Source of the DNA: a virus
Virus record (IMG/VR): IMGVR_UViG_3300035034_002228
Coordinates: 1 to 64,000 of that record
Length of the DNA: 64,000 nt
Reading direction: 5' to 3' (one strand)
This document shows positions 49,021-59,389 of the stretch, one piece after another (the first letter of the stretch is position 1; every line of letters begins with the position of its first letter). Both the position numbers and the translations under genes were made by a program. The notes under the pieces were generated by a model. It was not told the origin of the DNA. It saw nothing but the letters and a program-made list of their open reading frames with translations, and ran no database searches.

Positions 49021-51774
49021 TCATTTCTTATCCTTGTCTTCATCCTCTTCGGGCTCCTCTTCCTCCTCGGGGTCGGTCTCTTCTTCGGCTTCGGGATCTT
49101 CCTCTTCGTCAAGAGTCTCCTCTTCCGTGTCCTCCTCGGTGGTTTCAGACTCCTCTTCTGAGTCGGTGGTGTCTTCCTCTGTCCCCTCTTCGGTTTCAGT
49201 GGATTCTTCCTCTTCGTCTAACGCGAAGTCGTCTTCACCGCCGAACTCGTCCTCATCGCCGGAGGCTTCACCGGATTCATCGTCGGTGGTTTCTTCACCC
49301 TCGCCATCACCGGTTTCCTCACCGGACTCTTCTTCCTCTTCCGGTTGGTTCTTCTCTTCCCACACCTTGCGTTTCTCTTCGATGCCGTCCAAGTATTTCT
49401 GAATGGCCTCACCCAAGCTGCTGAACTGACCTTCCTGAATGTCCAGCAAACTGAACACGGGGTTCTTGCCGTCCATCTCAGTGAGCTTGTCCAATTCCGG
49501 CATGATGTTGTTCCGGTCCAGCCATGTGCGTTGGTAGTACGCCTTGATCACCGCAATGACGTGATCCACGGTGTTGGGCTCACGTGCCAATACTTCGGCC
49601 GGGAACAAGTCCGGGGTGATGTACGCCTCTAGCGCCCGTTCCAGCAGTGTGGTGTACTGCTCAAACATTTGCTGTTGTAGATCCACGCGGGTGGTGTCCG
49701 GCATGGGCAGATCGGTCTGGATCGAGTCGATGAACAGGTCGATCAACTCCTCGGTTTCCATCTTCTTCTGTTCTTTGGTGAGTTTGGTTTTCTGTTCGGT
49801 CAGGACCTCTTCCAACTTCGCCTTCAGTCGAGCGGAATGACGGGTAACCAACTGTGAGTGCTTAGTCAAGTACCGCGTGAGTTTCTTCTGGTGGCGAATC
49901 ACTCGGCGGGTCATCAACAGGTTGTTGTTCACCACACTGGTAGCAAAGTCCGGGCTGGAGGTGGGGTCCACCAGTTCCGGGTTGATACCAAAGCCTGAGA
50001 TGTGCATCCGACGCAGTCGATCCTGCAGTTCCGGATTCCCGCCCTGAATGTTGGTGTTGTAATCGTCAAACTCCACCTTGGTGGTGGGGTAGTTGTCCGA
50101 CTCCACGTTGATCGAGAAATCAAACCCAGCGCGGTTGAGGTAATCCAGGGTTTGGCCCGGATCGGGAGACGCCAACGGGAACCCCCGATGGGAGCTTTCC
50201 AGTACTGCCGCCTGCACATCCGAAATGGTTTTCTCCGGATCAGGGTCTTCGGCGTCCACACTGATGCTGGCCCGCTTGCGACCCACGGCGTTACGAACAC
50301 CGGCCATGGTTTCAGCAAACAGCAACACACTCCGCATCGAGGACAAGATCTTCGACTGTGTCAACAACGTTTGTCCAATGCCGTGTTTGTTGTACGCGAA
50401 GGCCATGTAAGTGACCAGTTCGGCGGGGATGTACAGTAACTGGGTGTTCTGGTTCTTGAGGGACCGGTACAGCATGATCCGGTAGATGTCCTCTTCAGTG
50501 CCCAGCTCAAAGTCTTCCCCATACAGACCGTTACGCAAACGGTTGATCAGATCGTTCTCGATGATGCCCGCGTACGCCTGCTGGATCTGATCGAACTCAG
50601 CGGACGAATCGGTATTGGTAGCGCCCATGGCTTCCTTGGTACGCTTGACCAACTCGGACGTGTTGTCTTTGGAGTTCGCACTGAAATTGCTGCGCAGTTC
50701 CCCGTAATAGTCCTTCCCTTCTTCGCGCACCACCGGGCGACCGTTCTGGTCGATCATCACAAAGTACCCCACGTGTTCTTCGGGGGAACCGGGTACGTAC
50801 ACGGGAATCACACTTTCAATCGGCAGTTTCATCACCAGCGGGTGACCGGCCGACGGTTTGTTGATGTATTCCTGTGTGGGCAATACTTGGGTGTGAACCG
50901 CCGGTTGCTGACCGCGTTGGGTGTATAGCTTGTCAATGTCTTCAGGACTCAGGCCTTTGCTGGCGGATTCCATGGACACTTGGTGACGGTTCAACAAGGA
51001 ATTGATCTTCAGTTGTCGTCCTTTATTACGGATCGCTGTGTTCTTCAGCACATCGAAGTTATCGGTTACTTGCACGCCTGGAATGCTGACGTGATTCCGA
51101 TCGGTGCGTGCACCACCAACATTAAGCTGACCGGAGATCCCACTGGCGGCTTCCTGACCGCCCCGGAACGTTTCCATGGAGACACGCGGTTCACGCGGAT
51201 GACCCAAGAACCCCATGGGGAGTCCTTTGTTGATCCGACTCACTACTTTGTTGTAACTTTCCATGGACAGCTGCTGAGACCCGTTGATAATCACGTCCAG
51301 GTTGTTCTCAGGCAGCACCGCCAGGATGTGCGCGCCCTTGGTAAACAGGATCTCTTCGAGGATACCGTCCAGCCGGTCATCAATTTTATAGTCGTTTTTG
51401 AAGTATTCCTGCACCACGGACAGGAGCGGGCGAGCCACTTCACTGTCGAATACCCGTTCATCCGCCGTAAAATTCAAGTCCACTGAGGACATGTCCTTCG
51501 GAGACAGAATCGACCCGATGAGGATCTGTTCGGTCAGTTCGACGTCCGGCAGCAGTTGGAATACCGAATCCGCATCAATGGCGTCCTGACCCGTGGCCTG
51601 GGAAATCTGTTCAAACAGATCACGTGAGACCGTGATGTTACGTGGATCACTGGGTCGGTCACTGGTTTGGGTTTGGTCTCGAACCAGTTTTGTCAACAAC
51701 GCGTCCACGTTGTCTTTTGCGTTGCGGGTGTACGCCAACTTGGGGTACTTTCGACTCCCATCTTGAACAGCCAT
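49021..51774 (-). CDS. Portal protein (phiKZ gp129-like) with acidic C-terminal tail
   Basis: LLPDVEL..QILIGSILSPKDM, GHPLVMKLPIESVIPVYVPG.PEEHVGYF and R.LRNG motifs. Head-to-head with the baseplate gene, as recalled for phiKZ. Confidence 0.75.
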   Translation of the reverse strand: MAVQDGSRKYPKLAYTRNAKDNVDALLTKLVRDQTQTSDRPSDPRNITVSRDLFEQISQATGQDAIDADSVFQLLPDVELTEQILIGSILSPKDMSSVDLNFTADERVFDSEVARPLLSVVQEYFKNDYKIDDRLDGILEEILFTKGAHILAVLPENNLDVIINGSQQLSMESYNKVVSRINKGLPMGFLGHPREPRVSMETFRGGQEAASGISGQLNVGGARTDRNHVSIPGVQVTDNFDVLKNTAIRNKGRQLKINSLLNRHQVSMESASKGLSPEDIDKLYTQRGQQPAVHTQVLPTQEYINKPSAGHPLVMKLPIESVIPVYVPGSPEEHVGYFVMIDQNGRPVVREEGKDYYGELRSNFSANSKDNTSELVKRTKEAMGATNTDSSAEFDQIQQAYAGIIENDLINRLRNGLYGEDFELGTEEDIYRIMLYRSLKNQNTQLLYIPAELVTYMAFAYNKHGIGQTLLTQSKILSSMRSVLLFAETMAGVRNAVGRKRASISVDAEDPDPEKTISDVQAAVLESSHRGFPLASPDPGQTLDYLNRAGFDFSINVESDNYPTTKVEFDDYNTNIQGGNPELQDRLRRMHISGFGINPELVDPTSSPDFATSVVNNNLLMTRRVIRHQKKLTRYLTKHSQLVTRHSARLKAKLEEVLTEQKTKLTKEQKKMETEELIDLFIDSIQTDLPMPDTTRVDLQQQMFEQYTTLLERALEAYITPDLFPAEVLAREPNTVDHVIAVIKAYYQRTWLDRNNIMPELDKLTEMDGKNPVFSLLDIQEGQFSSLGEAIQKYLDGIEEKRKVWEEKNQPEEEEESGEETGDGEGEETTDDESGEASGDEDEFGGEDDFALDEEEESTETEEGTEEDTTDSEEESETTEEDTEEETLDEEEDPEAEEETDPEEEEEPEEDEDKDKK

Positions 51775-51829
51775 GGGCCGCCCTCCTTATTTTGGGTGTG
51801 TTACAAACTAAACAATAGAAGGTCAAACA

Positions 51830-53953
51830 ATGAGTAACGTCTATTACAAGCTATATCGTGACAGCGTTTTGGCGTTTGCAAAAACACTGGTTATCAAATG
51901 CTCAGGCGTTGCTGAGACCATCAACAACGAATTGGAGCTGATGGGTCACCCCGTAGAACGGGACCGACCCACCACGTGGAAATACTATTTGAACCTAGCC
52001 GGTCACTACCATCCGTCCGACACGATGATGCGGGTGCGGTCGTTGGACACGTTGGAAGACATTGATTTCACCAAAGAAAACCTTCGTATCCATCGAGCCA
52101 CGGCGCGGGAGTACAAGCCCGGAGGTGTTTTCCACAACGCGCTTTTGAACTCCTACCCCAACCAAACGGCGTTGATTCGCGGGATACTGTTTCCCGTGGA
52201 CCTACACACCGCGATCGACGCCGAAGACGGTACCCTGTTGTATCACGACCAAGAACACATTGAGAGCAATGAGTTGTCACTGGTCACAGATCTACAACAT
52301 TGGTTAAGCGCGTTTTTTGCCCGGTGGCACAACAAACAGTACATGCTCACCGACGACCTTTACCTGCCAAGCTTTTTGGGCACACTGTATATGCAGTTGC
52401 CGTTGGTCATTCAGAACCTACGCTTGCGCCGTGCGAAAACCCCCGAAGCGCACAGTTTTCACGTGCGGGAATATCTGGCCTCAAACGGGGAGTTGGACAC
52501 GTACCTGCCGTATCTGACGAAAGAACAGCAGTTGTTCTTGTATCGTAACCTGAGGTACCTGAAACGCAATCTGGGTAAACAAGCGGTCTTCGACACCCTG
52601 GTAGACCAAATGTTGACTCCCCGTGGTATTCCTTTGAACTGGTACAAACTTGAACACAATACCAGTAAACTGCCCGACAACATGTACCCCGAAGTCGATG
52701 CGGTGGAATACCCGATCAACCAGCCGCTGGCCCAGACTGGTCGGAAACACAGCGATGTTCATACAATACTTCGTAAAGAGCGCTCCATCGCTCGGGACAA
52801 TGTTAATGTGGAAGGGGAAGCGGCTACGGCAATTGTTGATAATGTGCGCAGTGGTCAATTTAATCAACTGCCCACCAAGGTACTGGAATCCACCGTGGTA
52901 GATCGAAGCAATTCTTCGGTCCGGTCATTAATGAGTGTGTTGTTAAACCAATGGGTGTACATGGCAGCCAACGGTCGATACCGATCGTACATCACCATCA
53001 CACACCCGGTAACCGACGAACTCATCAGCCTTTCTGTGAAGGACGCGTTCATTCTGGCGTATTACACCTTCCACAAAGCGAGGGGTATCGAGGTTGAAAA
53101 CATACCGAGGGTTTTGGCCTACTCGGTCTTGCGGGACCGTTTACCCGACTTCGCCGAACTGAATTCCATCGTGGACCAGTGCTATGTACCGGAGCGGTTG
53201 ATCACAGCGGTCATGGACCGAATCTCCCCGCTGGGTGAATACATCACGGTGGGGCGGTTCAATGAAGGCTGCAGTCGTCTGCACCGGGAGTACCTAAAAC
53301 TCTGGGAGCTGTATTCGTTCCAAGAAAACTACATGACGCGCGGCTTGACGCAGCAGGTGGTTGACCGACACTTCCAACACGCGTGGTGTGAATTGAGTGA
53401 CGGACCTACGCGTTACGAGGACTGGTTAACCGAAAGCGGTCTGGATCTCAGTAACTTCTCGACCGTGGATCTGGAACAGGTCATGTTGGAGTGTGTAAAC
53501 TCGGCCACGGGAACAAACCTTACCAATCAGGTGTCGTTCTCAGAAATCCAAAAGGCCATGCTCCAACTGATGCAGCAAATGAGCTCGTACAGTGTTCAGT
53601 ACCTCCGAAGCATTAACAATTCGGACTTCGTGTATGTTGGGATACCAACGATTCGGGTGGGTGATGTTGGCGCCAACATTCAGAGTGGGAACAGCATCAA
53701 CCAAGGTCGAATCACGGTTCTGCACAAACACGGAAAGCATCGGACCGAGTACGACATACGTCGAACCCATCTCAACCCCCCGATCACATCCGAGGCAAAA
53801 GAAAAGGTCCGGTTACACATACCGGTCGGCGTCTCCATGCGAATGAGACTCCAAACGATTGCCTACGTCCCGATTGATGTTTCCAACGTTAACGTCCGGC
53901 GGCTTGAGATGACGGTTGCCAACGACGCACCGGATAACGGTGAGATAACTTAA
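51830..53953 (+). CDS. phiKZ-like virion structural protein (baseplate wedge-like, gp128-like)
   Basis: TWKYYLNLAG.YH..D..M.V.SLDT and AHSFHVREYLAS...QQLFLYRN motifs. Confidence 0.7.
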   Translation: MSNVYYKLYRDSVLAFAKTLVIKCSGVAETINNELELMGHPVERDRPTTWKYYLNLAGHYHPSDTMMRVRSLDTLEDIDFTKENLRIHRATAREYKPGGVFHNALLNSYPNQTALIRGILFPVDLHTAIDAEDGTLLYHDQEHIESNELSLVTDLQHWLSAFFARWHNKQYMLTDDLYLPSFLGTLYMQLPLVIQNLRLRRAKTPEAHSFHVREYLASNGELDTYLPYLTKEQQLFLYRNLRYLKRNLGKQAVFDTLVDQMLTPRGIPLNWYKLEHNTSKLPDNMYPEVDAVEYPINQPLAQTGRKHSDVHTILRKERSIARDNVNVEGEAATAIVDNVRSGQFNQLPTKVLESTVVDRSNSSVRSLMSVLLNQWVYMAANGRYRSYITITHPVTDELISLSVKDAFILAYYTFHKARGIEVENIPRVLAYSVLRDRLPDFAELNSIVDQCYVPERLITAVMDRISPLGEYITVGRFNEGCSRLHREYLKLWELYSFQENYMTRGLTQQVVDRHFQHAWCELSDGPTRYEDWLTESGLDLSNFSTVDLEQVMLECVNSATGTNLTNQVSFSEIQKAMLQLMQQMSSYSVQYLRSINNSDFVYVGIPTIRVGDVGANIQSGNSINQGRITVLHKHGKHRTEYDIRRTHLNPPITSEAKEKVRLHIPVGVSMRMRLQTIAYVPIDVSNVNVRRLEMTVANDAPDNGEIT

Positions 53954-53962
53954 GGACACCTT

Positions 53963-54850
53963 ATGAAACTGGAAGACTACCTCCATCTCCCTCCTTTTGA
54001 GGGGCTGGTGGGGGCCATCAATACCCAATACGTGTTCAATCTAAACGCTAATTGGACCACCATTACTCGATTGGTTCCAGACATCGACGACCCACACCGA
54101 CTGTTTGTTACGTTACAGGTACACCGTAGCAGTAGCGAATCGAATCAGGACCCGGTACCACCCCCATTGGATTTCCATTACACGCGGTTTGATTTAGCCA
54201 CTTACGTGACCCCAACTCAGCCGTTTGTGGTCAGAGACCGCACGCTTCCATTGTCTACGGCCGATCTGGTTGAGTTACTGTCCGAAGAGACGGGGTATCG
54301 GTTTACGTACGACGATTTCCTTCCGATGCAGTGGGACACGCCTACAGCGGACGGCGTGTATACGGTGAAGGCACACCCACTGTCGTTACGGTGGGTTGGG
54401 GAGTTCCAATTCGTTCTGGATGACGTGAAAGCGTCTGTTTCAAGTAAGGTACAAAAAACCAAGCTGGCCAACGCCATGCAGTGGGCCCAAGACCGTCGAA
54501 GCCCTGGACCGTATCAGGTTATGGACATCGACTTCACAAACGACCGAGACGAGTTAATTTGGCTCACCCGTGGGGATCAACGGCTCCCCACTGACAAACT
54601 GATAGAAATACTTCGTCGCAATAGTCGACAGTCCTGGCAGATGTCCCTCGCACCGTCGGTTTTTAATCTGACGTGGGATGTGGTAACGGGCGACACCGGC
54701 GTTGCTTATCCAGTCTACAACGTCCTTTACAACGGACCAGTCCGAAGCCAATGGACCCCCGTTACCGATAAACGGTACGTTTTGGTTCTTGGGTTGTCGC
54801 AAGAACTGTGTCTCAATCTAACCGGAATGGTTCTTTTACACTACGATTAA
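53963..54850 (+). CDS. YxRLDL-family structural protein (N+C domains)
   Basis: YTRFDL...SLRWVG...DFT...LLHYD. Confidence 0.7.
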   Translation: MKLEDYLHLPPFEGLVGAINTQYVFNLNANWTTITRLVPDIDDPHRLFVTLQVHRSSSESNQDPVPPPLDFHYTRFDLATYVTPTQPFVVRDRTLPLSTADLVELLSEETGYRFTYDDFLPMQWDTPTADGVYTVKAHPLSLRWVGEFQFVLDDVKASVSSKVQKTKLANAMQWAQDRRSPGPYQVMDIDFTNDRDELIWLTRGDQRLPTDKLIEILRRNSRQSWQMSLAPSVFNLTWDVVTGDTGVAYPVYNVLYNGPVRSQWTPVTDKRYVLVLGLSQELCLNLTGMVLLHYD

Positions 54851-54863
54851 ATGGAGTTGCCAC

Positions 54864-55298
54864 ATGTATTACGAACCACCGAAACTGCAAATCGTCCGTG
54901 CGCTCAACTCGGCAAATCCCGAGCTATCACCACCGTTGAGTCCGGAGTCGGTTACACTCGGTACACCCCGTGTCAATGTCGGGGATTACGAACATAACAC
55001 ACGGGTTACCCTTACCGTGGCTGACGACCATTCTTATTTCTCGGGATCGATCGACCTTGATTATAACCGGTGGGATCTGGACGACCTGTTGGGTGGGTTG
55101 AGCGTACCCGGTGTCATTGGTCAGTACGGATCGAGCCATGAAACATTGGCGGCGTTGCTGGAACAGTACCAGTTGCCGTTAACACCAGCGGACATTGTCA
55201 ACCAACCGATTCCCGTTGACAGTAACCAATTGGTGTTTGAGGCCACCGGCCAATCCCTGGCAGTCATTGGGTCGATAACCCTTCGGTACCGAGGATAA
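54864..55298 (+). CDS. YxRLDL-family structural protein (N-domain only)
   Basis: LNSANP...HNT...FSG..DLDYNRWDL...SLAVIG. Confidence 0.7.
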   Translation: MYYEPPKLQIVRALNSANPELSPPLSPESVTLGTPRVNVGDYEHNTRVTLTVADDHSYFSGSIDLDYNRWDLDDLLGGLSVPGVIGQYGSSHETLAALLEQYQLPLTPADIVNQPIPVDSNQLVFEATGQSLAVIGSITLRYRG

Positions 55299-55312
55299 AA
55301 AAAAAAGAAAGA

Positions 55313-55352
55313 ACGACATAAGACCCTCCCTGAATGGGAGGGCTTTATGTCG
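55313..55352. terminator. Bidirectional hairpin terminator
   Basis: ACGACATAAG-ACCCTCCC-TGAAT-GGGAGGGC-TTTATGTCG. Confidence 0.8.
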
Positions 55353-55364
55353 ATTAATGCGTTG

Positions 55365-55520
55365 TTGCGGTCAGTCATGACCGTCTCCCGATGTTTGTTG
55401 GAATGTGAAAAGCACCCCCAGACAACGTGCCTAGGGGTGTGCCGCAAGGTCTATGGGCGTGTGGAACTCCCACAGGTTTCGGCCAGCATGGGGCAGTCCC
55501 AGGCCAGTCCTACCCCATGG
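55365..55520 (-). ncRNA. Candidate structured RNA (multi-hairpin 3' UTR)
   Basis: Four successive stems, three of them needing G-U pairs that form only on the minus strand. No ORF with an RBS. Confidence 0.4.
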
Positions 55521-55526
55521 GTGTTT

Positions 55527-57680
55527 TTATCCCAGATCCTTAAGCAGGATCGAGCCTTCGACCAACCAGCCCCGGATCACTTCGTAGTAGTGACCGTCCA
55601 CACTGATGATGCGCAGACGCGTGCCGGGCAGGTTACCGTTGTCCAGGTGACGTTCCACCATGGTCTTCAGTACCTGATACAGTTTGGCGTGGGCGGATTG
55701 ACTGATGAGCACCGGCTCTTTCGGGGTGAGATTCAGTGACGAGATCTCTTCGGTGGTCCAGCGGGTTTGCAGGTTCACCACTTCCTCGAACAGGTTCAGC
55801 TGCCCTTGGGCTTCGTCCCCTTCGGTCTGCTCATAGGCCAGATTGAACCAACGCTTCATGACCGCCGAGGTCTGACTGTCGAGCACCTTAACGTACGCCG
55901 GGTCGTACTTGGTGCCGTGCTGCAGCACGTCGTACAACTCATCCACATCGTCCACAAAGCTGTCCACGTTCAGGTTGGGCAGGGCCAGATTGTCCGCCAG
56001 TACGCTGTTCAACCCTTTGGTCAGACGCTCGTTGAAGAACCGGTAGTACCGGATCGGCAATCCACCATCGACCATCAACTTGTGCAGACGCCGTGCCACA
56101 CTCACCAGCCCCCTGGATTCGGTTGCGGAGAACAGTTTGTCCTCAACGTCCTTATCCAGTTCGATCGGGTACAGGCAGCCACTGATGTACTCGTACGCCG
56201 GCAGTGTCTTGGTGTCTTTAGGCAGGCCCAAGTCCTCGATCAACTGGACACGCGCCATCAACTCGTTTTCCAGGTCGCTGGAGGCACTGAACAGCGTGGT
56301 GACTGCCACCGGGTTCAGTTCCGCTGCCACATCCAACGGACCACTGACCTTGGCCTCCAGATCTTCGGCGGGGATGTCCAGCTCGTCGTAGTCGGTGATC
56401 TTGTGCTGACTGGCGATGACCTTACCTTCCGGCTTGATCTTCATACCACGCAGTTTGTCGTTGATCTCATGTTTGAGATAATCCATGTCTGAGCTCCATT
56501 TAACAACTTTCTCATGAACCACCCCATCCGGCCAGTGCACGTGGAACAGCACGAACTGTTGTGGGTCGTGTCCGATTGGGTACGGGGTTTCCGACCCTTT
56601 GGTCCGCGTCCACTTTGACAAGTGGGCGGGGGCAATTTCCACACCACCGGGGTTGTAGAAGTGATCGTACGGGCGATCGTGGTCGATGTCCTGACCCCGA
56701 GGGATAAAGAAGAACGGGTCCATGACCACGTCTTCAATGGACTTCGGTGCATCGCCTTCATCAACCTGCTGAACCGGGGCTGGTTCGACCGGTGCGGCAG
56801 TTGGTTGTGCAGGCTGGCTCGGTTGAGTGAAGCCACCGTTGGACGACCAACCACTCGGGGTGGCAGGTTCCGGTTCGTCCATGTACCGACCGGCGGCCGG
56901 GGTGGCGCTGGTCGCCGTGGGGCTTGGTTGAGTACCGTGTTGAGTACCGTACCCTGGAGGCGCTGCTTGGGGCATTTGCTGTGGCCGTGGGGCCGCACCC
57001 ACTGGGGGTAGTTGAGAGCCCTGTGAAGGACCGCCCATTGGCTGACCCCCATAACCCTGCGGGGCATTGTAACCACCGCCACCGTAGCCCTGAGGGGTCG
57101 CTGGTTGACCACCCATCGGTTGACCACCCATTGGTTGTCCGCCGTAACCACCTTGTTGGCTGTAGCCTTGGGGTTGGCGTCCGGCCATGTGGAACGCCTT
57201 AATGTCGTTCATGATGTCTTCGAACTCTTTACCCGCACCCAGCAACTGGTTGTACGTTGCTTGATCCAGCATCTGACCAACTTGCGGGTACTCACCCGCA
57301 GTCACCGCCAAAATACCGTAGTAGATCTTGGCAACGGCTTTGCTGATCGCAACGCCGGGGTTGTTGTACTGGGCGACGACCAGGAACTCCACAAAGTCCA
57401 CGGTCCGTTGGCACCAGTTGGTAAACATCTGGTTATTGAAACGGTTCTGTGACAGGAGATTGTAAGCAAACGTGTGCAGTGGGGTGCGTCCCAGACGGCT
57501 CTGCATCATGGCGCGAAGCTCACACACGATCTGACCGACGGCTTCACCGCCGACCGATTGGGGAATGTTCAGTTGCGGCCACACGTCATTACCTTGTGGC
57601 AGTGCATTGTTAACGGTTGATTGGTCCCAAGTGTCAAAGGGCACTGGGAGTTGTTGCTGGTTGGCCTGGGTTTGGTACAT
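55527..57680 (-). CDS. Conserved phiKZ-family hypothetical protein with a Q/G/P/Y-rich low-complexity linker
   Basis: 717-aa ORF downstream of the nvRNAP subunit, with GGQPMGGQPMGGQP repeats. Confidence 0.7.
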   Translation of the reverse strand: MYQTQANQQQLPVPFDTWDQSTVNNALPQGNDVWPQLNIPQSVGGEAVGQIVCELRAMMQSRLGRTPLHTFAYNLLSQNRFNNQMFTNWCQRTVDFVEFLVVAQYNNPGVAISKAVAKIYYGILAVTAGEYPQVGQMLDQATYNQLLGAGKEFEDIMNDIKAFHMAGRQPQGYSQQGGYGGQPMGGQPMGGQPATPQGYGGGGYNAPQGYGGQPMGGPSQGSQLPPVGAAPRPQQMPQAAPPGYGTQHGTQPSPTATSATPAAGRYMDEPEPATPSGWSSNGGFTQPSQPAQPTAAPVEPAPVQQVDEGDAPKSIEDVVMDPFFFIPRGQDIDHDRPYDHFYNPGGVEIAPAHLSKWTRTKGSETPYPIGHDPQQFVLFHVHWPDGVVHEKVVKWSSDMDYLKHEINDKLRGMKIKPEGKVIASQHKITDYDELDIPAEDLEAKVSGPLDVAAELNPVAVTTLFSASSDLENELMARVQLIEDLGLPKDTKTLPAYEYISGCLYPIELDKDVEDKLFSATESRGLVSVARRLHKLMVDGGLPIRYYRFFNERLTKGLNSVLADNLALPNLNVDSFVDDVDELYDVLQHGTKYDPAYVKVLDSQTSAVMKRWFNLAYEQTEGDEAQGQLNLFEEVVNLQTRWTTEEISSLNLTPKEPVLISQSAHAKLYQVLKTMVERHLDNGNLPGTRLRIISVDGHYYEVIRGWLVEGSILLKDLG

Positions 57681-57717
57681 AACCTAAGTCCTCTTTTTCA
57701 GGTTCGAGTTTAACAGT

Positions 57718-59343
57718 TTATCGTTGGTAGCGCTTTTGCGTACGGTCAACCAATTCTTCTCGTTCCGGGTTCCGAAGAATGGTCCCGTCGATCTCGGTCC
57801 GGATGTTTGGATTGATCCGGGCGCGACCATCAGGGTTGGTCTTCGGCTGGTTGTTGAATTGACCGACCTCCGCGATGGAGGCGTGCAGTAAGCGACTGGT
57901 ATCGGAAATCAAGCCTTTACCAAAGCCTTTCCCACGGCGGGCTTTGTCTTGTGGGATCAACATCGAGGTGATCCGGAAGATCTTGTTATCACCGGGGTAG
58001 CTGACCGTGTTCACTTCGCCGTGATCCACCGTCAGTCGTTTGGTGCAGGTGTTGAGCTTGAACAACCGTTTCAAGGCATCGTTCAGCTCATCGGCAGTCC
58101 ACTCTTTGTCGTGGCGGCTTTGGAAGCCATACCCAAACAATGAGATTGCCGAGTTGAACTCCTCCGTGATGTAACGCAGAACCATCAGCTTCTTATTGTA
58201 CATCGAAGTTTCTTCGGTGTTGGTTTGGTAGAAGTGATGGGACAGGTCCGTCATGATTGTGTAGAAGAGGTCCCAGATGTTGTCCACGTAAATCTGTCGC
58301 TGTCGCAACTCTTCACGGGTCATTTCATCCAGTGACACTTCCTGGGAGCGCATGTGCGTGTCGATGTTCTCCAACACTTTCCCGGCGTGTTCGTAATCCC
58401 CAAACACCATGTGTCCCAGAATGATCCGCCACTGACTAATGTCGTCAGCGTAGCTCACTTCCTGGAAACGGTCGGGGAAGGTATCGACGACGTAAAAGAA
58501 ACCACCCACCAACATTCGGACGAAGTCGGTGTCGTTCTCTTTGGGAACCACCAGACACATCTCACCCGTGGGGTGTTTTCCTTTCAACGTCAGTGATTCG
58601 AACACCGTGAACTGATCGCGCGGGTATTCCTTTTCACCGAAGTTATCACGCAGTCCCAATTGCACCTGAGTGCCCGCCCACTTCTCGAACGTTCCGGTGA
58701 CTCCGAAGCGACAGAAGAAGTAATGTGCCAGACTGGTGTGAATGGGTTTGCGGTTATCCAAGTCCCGGTTACCACGGTTGCTCATCTCGTTGTGAATCAT
58801 CGACCAGATGACGTACACGATGCACCGTGCGCCGTTGGCGACGAAGTGGTGATCCGTACGTTTGAAGTTCAGACGCGTGCGTCGGAAGGGAATGAAGATC
58901 CCACCGTTGACCACCGAGAACCCTACGTCGGTCAACACCGGCGATACGTTGTACGTTGCGCCATTGAGTGTCATCAACCCACCGTCACGTACGAACGGTA
59001 GTTGAATGAACCGTGGCATCAACGATTCACCGTGGTACGAGAACTGGTATTTCACCAAGTAAGTATCAAACTGAGCGATGTTGGCAATGCGCTTTGAATT
59101 GTACTCCCTTGTCAGTTCTTCGAAATGTTTTACCGGCGAACAGATTTGACTACCATCGTAAGTCAATCCTTCCGGGAACAACTCCTGGTTGATTCGGATC
59201 AAACGATCAATGTACGCCATAGTGCTGTTGACCCCAGTATCGGGATTCACAGACATCATGTGTTCAACCGCCAGTCCGTTTGTAATAGTCTTATTGAACG
59301 TGGGGGTTCGTTCTTTGATCCGTTCTAACAGTACGTTATCCAT
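57718..59343 (-). CDS. Non-virion RNA polymerase beta-type subunit (phiKZ gp123-like)
   Basis: Close to recalled gp123 segments: KHFEELTREYNSKRIANIA, SPVLTDVGFSV, FIPFRRT, LKGKHPTGEM, LHASIAEVGQ and NPDGR. ATG 59343. Confidence 0.88.
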   Translation of the reverse strand: MDNVLLERIKERTPTFNKTITNGLAVEHMMSVNPDTGVNSTMAYIDRLIRINQELFPEGLTYDGSQICSPVKHFEELTREYNSKRIANIAQFDTYLVKYQFSYHGESLMPRFIQLPFVRDGGLMTLNGATYNVSPVLTDVGFSVVNGGIFIPFRRTRLNFKRTDHHFVANGARCIVYVIWSMIHNEMSNRGNRDLDNRKPIHTSLAHYFFCRFGVTGTFEKWAGTQVQLGLRDNFGEKEYPRDQFTVFESLTLKGKHPTGEMCLVVPKENDTDFVRMLVGGFFYVVDTFPDRFQEVSYADDISQWRIILGHMVFGDYEHAGKVLENIDTHMRSQEVSLDEMTREELRQRQIYVDNIWDLFYTIMTDLSHHFYQTNTEETSMYNKKLMVLRYITEEFNSAISLFGYGFQSRHDKEWTADELNDALKRLFKLNTCTKRLTVDHGEVNTVSYPGDNKIFRITSMLIPQDKARRGKGFGKGLISDTSRLLHASIAEVGQFNNQPKTNPDGRARINPNIRTEIDGTILRNPEREELVDRTQKRYQR

Positions 59344-59389
59344 CCAGACTCTCGCTTTGATCGTCACCGACTTACACCAGAGTCAGTGA

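Noticed and set aside
55297-55312. A-rich run as a slippage or phase-variation tract
   Set aside because: It lies at and after a stop codon and is better explained as the U-tract of the minus-strand side of the bidirectional terminator.
57718-59343. Intein or intron in the RNAP subunit, SbcC or capsid genes
   Set aside because: Lengths fit the expected proteins and no intein splice-junction or LAGLIDADG/HNH motifs were seen.
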